A DNA stretch of 20,000 nt from an uncultured virus (IMG/VR IMGVR_UViG_3300033120_000711) (IMGVR_UViG_3300033120_000711); one strand, 5' to 3'. Shown: positions 7,045-15,189, counted from the stretch's first letter. The notes: generated by a model from the sequence alone, not told the origin. Numbers and translations: made by a program.

Positions 7045-8045
7045 TCCTCCTCGTCGTGACTACTTAATCCTACAATACTCCAATCTGTGACTCCATAGGA
7101 CATTACATTCCCTCCAGAACAGCCTCTATATCTACGAGGTCCAGTCATTGCCTCATCTACGATTTTATTGAATTTTGATACGACATCTTCTTTTTTAGGA
7201 GAAACCTTTTCTACAGGAGCAATACTTGGCGTCATTTCTTCTGTTATAGGATATCTAATACAATTTCTGCAAGATTTGTGCCAAACATTTGGTCCGAATC
7301 TAATTTCTTTAAACTCGTTCTCCCAAATATCCTTTAAAGATCTCTCAAAGAGATTTCCCTGGACTGAAACAGAACCAGAAGTTCTTTCGCTTAGACACGG
7401 AACAACGTCTCCATCTGCTGTAATTCCACAGGAAACCATTCCCGCAGAACAGGTGTGTTGATCTTGCAAATTATCAGCAAGTATGTATTTCATTCCTTTC
7501 AAGTCTCTAATTTTCTTTTTGAGATAAGAAATACCAGTAGGGTTTAATAAGAGATCTGACCCAGTATTCAACTGAATTTGCCAGGACTTAAATGATTGAG
7601 CAATTTCAGCTAATTTATCAAATTCCCAAATGTTGTGAGTTCCAAAATTTGTAACCATTACTACATCTCTATATGGTACTTTAGAAATATATGTTGGCTT
7701 AAGAAAATCATCGGGGTAATTCACAGATAATCCAATTATATTTAATCTACTAATCGCCTTAGATTTTCCGAGTAATTTTCCATTTGTTATGGCTCGAACG
7801 TCGCAATGATATAAAATTTTTAAATCATTAATTATAGATGCCAAATCGTTATCGTCAATTTCTCCTGGTTCTCCTCCGGACAAAGTAACTACTTCAACTC
7901 CATAAGACCCAATTTCTTTTGCGATATGAAGCATACGATCTATAGGTGGATTTGTACTTCTAAGTTCATTTTTAGATCCGCAGTAGTTACAATGTTTTCC
8001 ACATTTAAGTGTGATTTCCCAAATAATGTCTTTTAGTTTAAGCAT
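7035..8045 (-). CDS. Radical SAM/SPASM-type protein, splicease (PlpX)-like
   Basis: WEITLKCGKHCNYCGS, LSGGEP, WQIQL, CSAGMVSCGITADGDVVPCLS, GNL...IWE, CRNC; disordered C-terminal tail. Confidence 0.85.
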   Translation of the reverse strand: MLKLKDIIWEITLKCGKHCNYCGSKNELRSTNPPIDRMLHIAKEIGSYGVEVVTLSGGEPGEIDDNDLASIINDLKILYHCDVRAITNGKLLGKSKAISRLNIIGLSVNYPDDFLKPTYISKVPYRDVVMVTNFGTHNIWEFDKLAEIAQSFKSWQIQLNTGSDLLLNPTGISYLKKKIRDLKGMKYILADNLQDQHTCSAGMVSCGITADGDVVPCLSERTSGSVSVQGNLFERSLKDIWENEFKEIRFGPNVWHKSCRNCIRYPITEEMTPSIAPVEKVSPKKEDVVSKFNKIVDEAMTGPRRYRGCSGGNVMSYGVTDWSIVGLSSHDEEEWK

Positions 8046-8292
8046 CTTTTTTGATCTCCTTTATTGCTTCGTAGTTTCTTGAAATTAAACCCGCAACATA
8101 TTCTCTTGCTTCAGGGTTAAACATTTCATATTTATCAAAATCTGCTAAAACTTTGCTTTTTATCTTCTGTTTCTTTTCTAAATCTTTTATAGCGGTCTCT
8201 TTTTTCATTCCAACTCCATAGTTTCCCGGAGATTCAGTATCAAAAGCATAGTAAATCTTCTCTTTGCGAGGTTTAATAACTGTTATTACTAT
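8038..8292 (-). CDS. Hypothetical protein, 84 aa from a probable ATA start (56 aa from the internal ATG)
   Basis: Open frame IVITVIKPRKEKIYYAFD...KKDA*; GGAGATGAT SD 4 nt before ATA; missed by the ORF track. Confidence 0.6.
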   Translation of the reverse strand: MVITVIKPRKEKIYYAFDTESPGNYGVGMKKETAIKDLEKKQKIKSKVLADFDKYEMFNPEAREYVAGLISRNYEAIKEIKKDA

Positions 8293-8304
8293 TCAAATCA
8301 TCTC

Positions 8305-8667
8305 CTATAACCTTTTCTCTAGAATTTTAACTGTCTCGTTATAAGCATCTAATAATGCAATTGCAGGATCGTTCCTAGAAATAGTTGTAGTGACTTCATC
8401 AGAAATAAGTTCTCCGATGGAAACCTCATAACCAATTAATCTTTCCAGTAAGCCCGTAAATGGATTATACAACCCTGTTTGAGTTATTTTCCAGAACCAC
8501 TTTCTTTTTGTTATTGCTCTTTGGAGACATCCCTGTAACACATCTTTTTCTACTATTGGGTCAATACCCATTTTCTCGTCCATCGTAGCCAATATAATAC
8601 TCTGCCATTCTTTATAGGTTTTTTCGTCCTGAAGTTTTAGGACTTCCAATGCGGTATCAAATTCCAT
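8305..8667 (-). CDS. Hypothetical protein, paralog of 6404..6763
   Basis: Track ORF 8305..8736; ATG 8667 with GGGGA SD aligns with the paralog N-terminus. Confidence 0.75.
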   Translation of the reverse strand: MEFDTALEVLKLQDEKTYKEWQSIILATMDEKMGIDPIVEKDVLQGCLQRAITKRKWFWKITQTGLYNPFTGLLERLIGYEVSIGELISDEVTTTISRNDPAIALLDAYNETVKILEKRL

Positions 8668-8756
8668 ACTTTTTCCCCGTAATCTATTTATTCTATGAAA
8701 ATATATTCTATTTTGTCTAGTAAAGTAGATAGACAACAGAATCGTGTTCTACAGAG

Positions 8757-8933
8757 CTAGACCTCTTCTATTTCATTTCCTAAAAACCAAGTTATTTTAT
8801 CTCTGACTTGGAGTATCATAACCTTTACTCGTGGATCATTAATATCATCCCTCTGATATTGTTCGTCAAGGTAATCCAGGGCTTTTTCTAAAAGAGAAAG
8901 GCCATTATCTGTAACTCTATATTCTATTCCCAT
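8757..8933 (-). CDS. Hypothetical protein, 58 aa (MGIEYRVTDNG...)
   Basis: Manual translation; overlaps the end of the upstream gene. Confidence 0.6.
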   Translation of the reverse strand: MGIEYRVTDNGLSLLEKALDYLDEQYQRDDINDPRVKVMILQVRDKITWFLGNEIEEV

Positions 8934-9132
8934 CTTCCAAACCCCACGTCTTAATATCTTGTATTATATCCACTAATTTTTCATACTTAGAAAATATTGC
9001 TATTCCAGCAAGGGAAACATCAGGATTTTTAGACTCCATTGCTTTTCGGATGGTTTCAATAAGGTCTTTTTGAATTATTTCAAGATAAACACGGGTCACT
9101 GGAGGTTTCCCCGGACAACATCTATCTGTCAT
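8917..9132 (-). CDS. Hypothetical protein
   Basis: ORF track; GAGGTG SD; 3 nt after the radical SAM stop. Confidence 0.7.
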   Translation of the reverse strand: MTDRCCPGKPPVTRVYLEIIQKDLIETIRKAMESKNPDVSLAGIAIFSKYEKLVDIIQDIKTWGLEDGNRI

Positions 9133-9135
9133 ATT

Positions 9136-10155
9136 CTACACCTCGTACACTGGACAGGATCTGCAATTATTTAACAAGAGCTTTCTAAATGATTTAAATT
9201 CTGTGCTATACCAAACATTCTGAAGAAAATCTTCTGTCAAATTCAGGTTTCCAACAAAAGAGACTCCTTCGCAGAATGAACAAGGCCAAGCTTTTCCATT
9301 AACATCTATATAGATGCTAAATAAAGTAGACTCACACGGTTCTACATTCTGTTTTAGTCCTTTTAGCGCACCATACTTTGGGTTTCTATCTAAAAAATCT
9401 AAGAACTTTTTAGATGAGCACGAATCAAACCCAAATCTTATCCAGTTGTCTAGGCAATAGCTTGTGATAGTATCAAATTTTTCTTGATCTATCTTATTAT
9501 AGTTTTCCCCGCGTCCCTTCTTCTTTAAAGAAAGAAATACTATTGCATTCAGATCCTTCAATCTTGGGTCTGTCTCAATATCGTGTATGGTTTCCATACA
9601 ATTTTCATAAGTTTCTTCTGCCACCAGTTGGTGAATATTGACCTGTTTTAGACCTGCTTCAGTCAGCTTTTGGACAGCATCATAACACACATTCTTGTTA
9701 TCATATCGAGATACTGCTACAGCTCCGCAAACCTCAGCTAACTTAAAAGCCCATTCAGGAGTTAATCCCCATCCATTTATTGTAACATTAGGAACTACAC
9801 CATTATCTCTGCAATACCAGAAAATATCTAGCATATTTGGATTAGAATTTAAATCCCCAATTCCAAATGCAATTTGTAATATGGTATTTGGAAGATTACT
9901 AAAGACTTTTTTAAAAGTCTTAAGGTTCATATTCTTTCCGATGCTTGTATTGGATTTATAGCAGTGTGAGCAAGCCTTCCCTTCTATCCCATGACAAATT
10001 GTAGAGATTTCTATATCTGCAAGCTCTGGTCCTATTGGAGAATATTGTGGGTCATCATTAAACGTTTTTCCCCATCTTCTAAACTTTCCAGTAACATCAT
10101 CAAAATCATAGTTATAAAATGGGGTGCGAACTTCCTTAAAATCCATCTTTTTCAC
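9136..10155 (-). CDS. Radical SAM protein with twitch/SPASM-like C-terminus and atypical Cx7Cx2C motif
   Basis: DIEISTICHGIEGKACSHCYK; QIAFGIGD; PNVTING; CES...IDVNGKAWPCSFCE...CRSCP. Confidence 0.85.
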   Translation of the reverse strand: MKKMDFKEVRTPFYNYDFDDVTGKFRRWGKTFNDDPQYSPIGPELADIEISTICHGIEGKACSHCYKSNTSIGKNMNLKTFKKVFSNLPNTILQIAFGIGDLNSNPNMLDIFWYCRDNGVVPNVTINGWGLTPEWAFKLAEVCGAVAVSRYDNKNVCYDAVQKLTEAGLKQVNIHQLVAEETYENCMETIHDIETDPRLKDLNAIVFLSLKKKGRGENYNKIDQEKFDTITSYCLDNWIRFGFDSCSSKKFLDFLDRNPKYGALKGLKQNVEPCESTLFSIYIDVNGKAWPCSFCEGVSFVGNLNLTEDFLQNVWYSTEFKSFRKLLLNNCRSCPVYEV

Positions 10156-10396
10156 CCATTACGGTAAATTCATTTGTTAAATCGATCAAATCTTGGTCGT
10201 TTAATTCTTCAGCACGGACCTTAATTTTATCGAGCACGCTCTTTAATTGAAACACCATCTCTTTATCGAGTTTATATTGCTTACAATTTTTACTACACTC
10301 TTCAGATTCTAAAAATAGTAGATCCTCCTTTCCTCTAAATTTTACAATAAAGCTAGAAGAACTACTATTGGAAACAAAGCCATTTCTAATCTTCAT
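10136..10396 (-). CDS. FVSNSSS-motif protein 5 (MKIRNGFVSNSSSSSF)
   Basis: ATG 10396 with GGTGG SD; N-terminal motif. Confidence 0.8.
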   Translation of the reverse strand: MKIRNGFVSNSSSSSFIVKFRGKEDLLFLESEECSKNCKQYKLDKEMVFQLKSVLDKIKVRAEELNDQDLIDLTNEFTVMGEKDGF

Positions 10397-10751
10397 TTTG
10401 TAACCACCTTTTAAAACGATCATATGTCTTAAATTTTTCTTTAATTTCGTCCTTAGCGGTATCGTAATTTATACCTCTAGATTTGAATATGTAAGATAAA
10501 ATTTCGCCTTGGTCAAAAGCTAGAAGGTTACATACGGGACATAAAGTAGCCGGAACTTCTCCGTTCCACTCATCTATTTGTTTTCTAACTTCTGGAGAAA
10601 GACAAAATTCGTGAAATATATGTTCGTTCTCACATCTAATCATATTAAAATCAGAAAGACCAACCTCAAAACCCGCCTCTTCTCCACCGCAAATAGCACA
10701 TATAAACGAGCTTGAACTCGAATTACTTACAAACCCTGTTCTAGTAATCAT
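10386..10751 (-). CDS. FVSNSSS-motif protein 4 with RING-H2-like zinc finger
   Basis: MITRTGFVSNSSSSSF followed by C-x2-C-x18-C-x3-H-x2-H-x2-C-x20-C-x2-C. Confidence 0.8.
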   Translation of the reverse strand: MITRTGFVSNSSSSSFICAICGGEEAGFEVGLSDFNMIRCENEHIFHEFCLSPEVRKQIDEWNGEVPATLCPVCNLLAFDQGEILSYIFKSRGINYDTAKDEIKEKFKTYDRFKRWLQNED

Positions 10752-10924
10752 TCGTAAACCCTCTCATACTTATTAATAATTTTAGCTTCAACCATCTTGT
10801 CCAGCATATTTTCCAATTTGTTTCGATATTCTTCAAATATTTCTAAGGTTATTTCTGTTCCTTTATATTTTACAATAAAAGAGGCAGAAGAGGAATTACT
10901 TACAAATCCTTCTCTAATCTTCAT
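10748..10924 (-). CDS. FVSNSSS-motif protein 3 (MKIREGFVSNSSSASF), 58 aa
   Basis: ATG 10924 behind AGGTGAT SD. Confidence 0.8.
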   Translation of the reverse strand: MKIREGFVSNSSSASFIVKYKGTEITLEIFEEYRNKLENMLDKMVEAKIINKYERVYE

Positions 10925-10929
10925 TAAAA

Positions 10930-11364
10930 TCACCTGTTATAGAAATTAAATCTCCACTTAAACCTCTTGGACTCTCCTCCGTCTCGAAGGATATAATCAT
11001 AAATCTCCCCAAGAAGGGTTCCTTCTTCATCACCGAATTGAATCCCATTCTCTCCGGGTGCGAGGGATTTTGTTCTTTGCGGAGACCAAAACATCCCTTC
11101 TTTTTGTTCTTTTTCTCTAGCCTCGTGGCACATTAGATCTATTACCTCTTCAAGAGTTTGGCATTTAAACATTTTTCCACTATGATCTTGTCTAAACTCC
11201 TTTCCGATGATCCTAGTATCAAATTGTTCTTCAAATTCTTTTACTAATTGTGAATTTTCTTTTATAAATTCACAAAGATGAAGCCTCTCTTTAGTTTTAT
11301 TCTCAATAATAAAGCTCGTTGAGCTGCTATTTGACACAAATCCATCTCTAGTTTTAATGTCCAT
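10930..11364 (-). CDS. FVSNSSS-motif protein 2 (MDIKTRDGFVSNSSSTSF; possible ATT start at 11358)
   Basis: ORF track; N-terminal motif; GGAGG SD. Confidence 0.8.
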   Translation of the reverse strand: MDIKTRDGFVSNSSSTSFIIENKTKERLHLCEFIKENSQLVKEFEEQFDTRIIGKEFRQDHSGKMFKCQTLEEVIDLMCHEAREKEQKEGMFWSPQRTKSLAPGENGIQFGDEEGTLLGEIYDYILRDGGESKRFKWRFNFYNR

Positions 11365-11734
11365 TCCTCCTGCAATACTCTTTAAGGTCCTCTAAACTAC
11401 TGAACTGCTCTTTAATTTCTCTTCTATACATATTTAAATCTGATGTAGAAAGGATATATCGAATTAATATATGTTCTGGAATAATTTCTAAGTTACAAAT
11501 GGGACAGTACTTTTCTGGAATTTTATTAGGATTCTCTATTTCATCCAACTCTTCTATGGTAAGTCTCATCCCATCTGGAAGGCACCTAATATGAAATTCA
11601 TGCCCTATTTCACAACAGAACATATCATTTTCAGTTGGATCTGCATCACCAATCATTTCATTCTCTATTCCGCAGATTTGACAAAAAAACGAAGTTGAGG
11701 AGGAATTCGAAACAAAGCCAAATCTTCGTTTCAT
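11354..11734 (-). CDS. FVSNSSS-motif protein 1 with RING-H2-like zinc finger
   Basis: MKRRFGFVSNSSSTSF followed by C-x2-C-x19-C-x3-H-x2-H-x2-C-x25-C-x2-C. Confidence 0.8.
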   Translation of the reverse strand: MKRRFGFVSNSSSTSFFCQICGIENEMIGDADPTENDMFCCEIGHEFHIRCLPDGMRLTIEELDEIENPNKIPEKYCPICNLEIIPEHILIRYILSTSDLNMYRREIKEQFSSLEDLKEYCRRNGH

Positions 11735-11808
11735 CTATTCTCCCACCCAATTATGAGTCCAAATAGGAAAATCAGAACTATTTATTAAAGCAAATACTTC
11801 TTTCGAAT

Positions 11809-12249
11809 TCATTTTACCATCCACAGCATATCAATTGCAATTTCATACTTCTTTTCCATTCTTTCTCTTACATCATTAGGAAGATTTTTCATTCGTGGGA
11901 TACTTGAATTGTGTCGAACATCTTCCCACTTAACATTTATTGCGACTTTTCCTGCGTTAATAATTCTTCTAATGTAATCTTTGTATGGTTCATTTTTTAA
12001 ATGGGTCAGAGCAACTAATGCCTTGGATTCTTCTTCTGTCAATTTAATTCTATTTACAAGATCAGAAAGTTCTACTTGAGGACAGTCTTCAAGCACATCA
12101 TGAAGAACCGCAACAATTCTTTCTGATTCAGTATCCATCTGTGTCATTACATGCAACGGATGAAAAATGTAAGGCACTCCAACCTTATCAAGTTGTCCTC
12201 TATGAGCCCATACAGCAAAAGCGATCGCCTCTTCTAGTCTATTCAACAT
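11809..12249 (-). CDS. HD-domain hydrolase, stand-alone RelA/SpoT-hydrolase (SAH/Mesh1)-like
   Basis: AHRGQ-x-DK-x-G-x-PYI-x-HP, AVLHDVLED, VK-x-x-D-x-x-HN; ATG 12249 with GAGGT SD. Confidence 0.85.
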   Translation of the reverse strand: MLNRLEEAIAFAVWAHRGQLDKVGVPYIFHPLHVMTQMDTESERIVAVLHDVLEDCPQVELSDLVNRIKLTEEESKALVALTHLKNEPYKDYIRRIINAGKVAINVKWEDVRHNSSIPRMKNLPNDVRERMEKKYEIAIDMLWMVK

Positions 12250-12253
12250 AATA

Positions 12254-12523
12254 TTACCTCGGGTCCGTCGCTGGTACTCCACCGCATCTTTCTATAGCGA
12301 GTCCAATTTGGCAAGTAGCTGGAGGCTTAGGTCTTTCATACTCTGGTTCGGAATACCCTAGTTTCGTAAACCAGTCTGGACCGAACCTATCTCGCAAAAG
12401 CTTAACCTCATCCTCGCTAAGATCCTTTGGCAATAGCCCTCCAGACATGTTGAGCAAAAGATTATTGGTTTTATCTTTCCAATCAAAATTTTCTGGAATT
12501 GAATATGCTACCTTCTCTGCCAT
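12254..12523 (-). CDS. Hypothetical protein
   Basis: ORF track; TTAAATA box about 25 nt upstream. Confidence 0.7.
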   Translation of the reverse strand: MAEKVAYSIPENFDWKDKTNNLLLNMSGGLLPKDLSEDEVKLLRDRFGPDWFTKLGYSEPEYERPKPPATCQIGLAIERCGGVPATDPR

Positions 12524-12554
12524 GCTATCCTATTAGGTTTAATACTATTTAATC

Positions 12555-13307
12555 TTAACGCCTCATTGCAAACGGCAATCTTCTTTTAACAACTTCTTCT
12601 GCTTGCTTAACGTCTCCTCTATAGATATGAAGTGAATCGTTTTTATCTATTAGTCTATATATTTTACAATTATTTGGACCATACACGTATTTATTCATCA
12701 TCCAAATAATCGCGATGAGATTTGGTTGCCATGCATTAAACAAATCTCTAGACCTCCAATCCAAGTGAAGATCTACATAGTTAACCCCATCCTCTTCACC
12801 AATCCAACGATTCCATGCACGCTGAAAACAGGGGCTTGCATTACTTACTATATCTAATTTGGGTTCCCACGTAATTGCTTGAGACCTATTAGATCCAATT
12901 TTGTTGTTTATTTGATCCTCTAATTGGTCTCTAAGAACTTTTAATTGATCTGTGATTCCTTGATACTGTACTATCCTTTCTACATACAAATAAGTAAACT
13001 TCTTTTTTGGGGGCCAAGTATTATATTTGTTTAAAAGAAAATCTACATCAAACTCTCTTTTATACTGCTCTACAGATTTAAAAGAAAAATCAGGATGCAG
13101 TTTTTCTCTTGTTATTTGATTGATGGCGTTACCAGTTAATTCTATTGTCTGGCAAGAATCTTTGGCGTACTTAGGCTCTTTTGGATCTCCGAAGATAATA
13201 TCTACATCCGATTCCAAAACATTATCTATTGCAGTTAACCATGCAATATGAAAGTCACCTGATTTTACAGTAAAAAGCTTAGAAAGTTTTATCAAACTAA
13301 TCACCAC
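12555..13307 (-). CDS. thyA: Thymidylate synthase-like protein, archaeal type (start may be TTG at 13295)
   Basis: FTYLYVERI, SNRSQAITW, catalytic PCFQ, WRSRDLFNAWQPNL, SLHIY. Confidence 0.8.
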   Translation of the reverse strand: MVISLIKLSKLFTVKSGDFHIAWLTAIDNVLESDVDIIFGDPKEPKYAKDSCQTIELTGNAINQITREKLHPDFSFKSVEQYKREFDVDFLLNKYNTWPPKKKFTYLYVERIVQYQGITDQLKVLRDQLEDQINNKIGSNRSQAITWEPKLDIVSNASPCFQRAWNRWIGEEDGVNYVDLHLDWRSRDLFNAWQPNLIAIIWMMNKYVYGPNNCKIYRLIDKNDSLHIYRGDVKQAEEVVKRRLPFAMRR

Positions 13308-13516
13308 GCCGTTATAGAAATTGAGGTATTAAATATGAACAACAAGACAGAAAGCACAAGTAAAAAGGCCAAAATCACTACACAGAACCCTAAAAGAATA
13401 GCATATCGTTTATATGTTTGACTATCTTTTGGTGAGGCAGTTCCTCCTACTAAAGAAAGAATTCCTATCCCTATTGCGATCCAAACTCCACTTAAACAAG
13501 AAATTTCAACTACCAT
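13301..13516 (-). CDS. Small membrane protein (2 TM)
   Basis: Two hydrophobic stretches. Confidence 0.7.
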   Translation of the reverse strand: MVVEISCLSGVWIAIGIGILSLVGGTASPKDSQTYKRYAILLGFCVVILAFLLVLSVLLFIFNTSISITAW

Positions 13517-13706
13517 TTAATATACACGCTCCTATAAGACCAACTATAAATTGCAGGATTCCACTACAAAAGAATATTGATCCTAGCCATCCAACTATGT
13601 CTTTTCTTTTTGTTGAAAATATAAAATATAGAATAAATATTATACTAATCGCTACTTGGGTTATTCCACTTACGATAATAACAGAAAAAACATTATTAAT
13701 AGACAC
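13506..13706 (-). CDS. Small membrane protein (2 TM)
   Basis: Two hydrophobic stretches; GGAGA SD. Confidence 0.7.
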   Translation of the reverse strand: MSINNVFSVIIVSGITQVAISIIFILYFIFSTKRKDIVGWLGSIFFCSGILQFIVGLIGACILNGS

Positions 13707-13932
13707 ACTTATTCTCCAGAATTTTTGAACGCTCTATAATTTTTCTTTCATTAGATGTTACCCACTTATCAATATCATATTCTTCTGTTATCTCTTCTAA
13801 AATCTCCTCAATATCGTTTTGTGTCCAGAATTTATTAATATATAAAGAATCAATTAAATTAGCAATCTCGTCAAAAATGGTAACAATTAGATGTGATGGA
13901 AAGGTATCACAAGAAGCGAAACGTCTCAACAT
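13696..13932 (-). CDS. Hypothetical protein
   Basis: ORF track; GAGGAG SD. Confidence 0.7.
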   Translation of the reverse strand: MLRRFASCDTFPSHLIVTIFDEIANLIDSLYINKFWTQNDIEEILEEITEEYDIDKWVTSNERKIIERSKILENKCVY

Positions 13933-14130
13933 TTATAAACTCCTCTCTATTACTTTTAACCATTCTTTCGGATAAAACATTGGTTTACCAGTATCTAAAA
14001 TTGTGATGCAAACATCTTTAGACGTAGGAGTAAGAATATTAGTCACTTTTGCCTTCTTACCAACTAGACTATTCCCTTCGAAGTCATCTCCTTTGATTAT
14101 AAGGACAATATCACGAGGCTTTATCATCAT
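13933..14130 (-). CDS. Small SH3/KOW-like beta-barrel protein
   Basis: IKPRDIVLII...GKKAKV...V-x-I...YPKEWLKVI pattern. Confidence 0.55.
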   Translation of the reverse strand: MMIKPRDIVLIIKGDDFEGNSLVGKKAKVTNILTPTSKDVCITILDTGKPMFYPKEWLKVIERSL

Positions 14131-14335
14131 TTAAAACAATCTCCAGTCGCGCTAATCCTTTTTCGTCTCCATTAGGAATTAAATAATATTGACTTCCATC
14201 ATCCAATGTAACCACTCCATCTTTTGTTACATCAAATCCATGTGTCATAACTAAGAAAGATGTGTCCTGGACGCTAATAGATGGGTCTTCCATAGAAGAC
14301 AAAAGTAAAACTAATAGAGTTAATTGAGAAAGCAA
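14111..14335 (-). CDS. Hypothetical protein with hydrophobic N-terminus
   Basis: ORF track. Confidence 0.6.
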   Translation of the reverse strand: MLSQLTLLVLLLSSMEDPSISVQDTSFLVMTHGFDVTKDGVVTLDDGSQYYLIPNGDEKGLARLEIVLNDDKAS

Positions 14336-14336
14336 A

Positions 14337-14597
14337 TTAAGTACCTTGATATTTCTCTAACTGACATTTAACTTTTCTCAAGTCATCTTCAATTTTTGCT
14401 TTCTTTTGTAAGAGTTCCGAAACCTCTTCAATGAAGAGGTACTCTCCATTATCAAATAACTTTATTTTTCCTTTTCTCTCTCTTTTATCGTTTCCATAAG
14501 AAGTAATAACAAGAGTTGCGTAATCCATATTAGATCTTGATTTCAACCACCTAACCAAGATAAAATATGGAAGTAATTTTCCAAGCCAATTTAACAT
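14337..14597 (-). CDS. Hypothetical protein with C-terminal coiled coil
   Basis: Track ORF 14337..14666; ATG 14597 with GGAGA SD avoids overlap with the upstream gene. Confidence 0.7.
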   Translation of the reverse strand: MLNWLGKLLPYFILVRWLKSRSNMDYATLVITSYGNDKRERKGKIKLFDNGEYLFIEEVSELLQKKAKIEDDLRKVKCQLEKYQGT

Positions 14598-14599
14598 GT

Positions 14600-14812
14600 C
14601 TAATATCTCCTCAAATCCGCCAATGCGCGAGTAAGATCCATTGAAGCTCTTCGAACTGCCCCACATTCTTTTGGACAGGAAGGAGTGTAGGTATGTTTCT
14701 CTCCATAAGACTCATAAATAACTACTTTCTTCTGCTCAGTTTGGAGTTCCTTTACCTTATCTAAAAACCTTTTTGCCTCTTCAACTGCCTTATCTATTTT
14801 CTTTTTATCCAT
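14600..14812 (-). CDS. Conserved phage hypothetical protein (RRASMDLTRALADLR)
   Basis: ORF track; GAGGA SD. Confidence 0.75.
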   Translation of the reverse strand: MDKKKIDKAVEEAKRFLDKVKELQTEQKKVVIYESYGEKHTYTPSCPKECGAVRRASMDLTRALADLRRY

Positions 14813-14818
14813 AAAAAA

Positions 14819-15172
14819 TCATCCTCTCAAGTATTTTTCTCTATCTTCCGATCCCATCCAAGAAAAATCATCTTTAATAATTCTAGAATCTACTTTTGTT
14901 TTATATTCATTAAAATTAGGATTTTTACACCCATGTTCGTCAAAATTAAAAGAAAATTTAGTCATAGAACATTCGGGCATGTTTCTAATTTCATCCCAAA
15001 TAGAATTATCAAACATGAAGCCATTTATAATTTTTTGGAATGATTCGAAATCAATATTAAATTTAGTGGCACCTCTTATGTAACACAAGTTATATTCACC
15101 CTTTTTATTCCTTTTAATCTCTTCTGCCATTTTGTTAATAAACCAATTCCGAATATCCTTTTCTTTCGTCAT
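14819..15172 (-). CDS. Hypothetical protein
   Basis: ORF track; purine-rich SD. Confidence 0.7.
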   Translation of the reverse strand: MTKEKDIRNWFINKMAEEIKRNKKGEYNLCYIRGATKFNIDFESFQKIINGFMFDNSIWDEIRNMPECSMTKFSFNFDEHGCKNPNFNEYKTKVDSRIIKDDFSWMGSEDREKYLRG

Positions 15173-15189
15173 TTAATATCTCTCCCCTC

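Noticed and set aside
8293..8301. TGA readthrough or recoding (ATG ATT TGA ATA...)
   Set aside because: TGA, TAG and TAA all act as normal stops elsewhere; that ATG lies within the SD, so an ATA start is simpler
10136..11734. Type IV prepilin/archaellin class III signal peptides (K/R-x-G|F)
   Set aside because: No hydrophobic helix follows GF; the segment is polar (VSNSSS) and the protein bodies look cytoplasmic
10136..11734. DNA-level repeats or diversity-generating retroelement VR/TR pairs
   Set aside because: Motif codons are synonymously scrambled rather than A-specific variants; no reverse transcriptase in the window
12555..13307. dCMP hydroxymethylase (DNA hypermodification)
   Set aside because: Asn at the specificity position (AWQPNL) fits dUMP; no glycosyltransferase or kinase partners in the window
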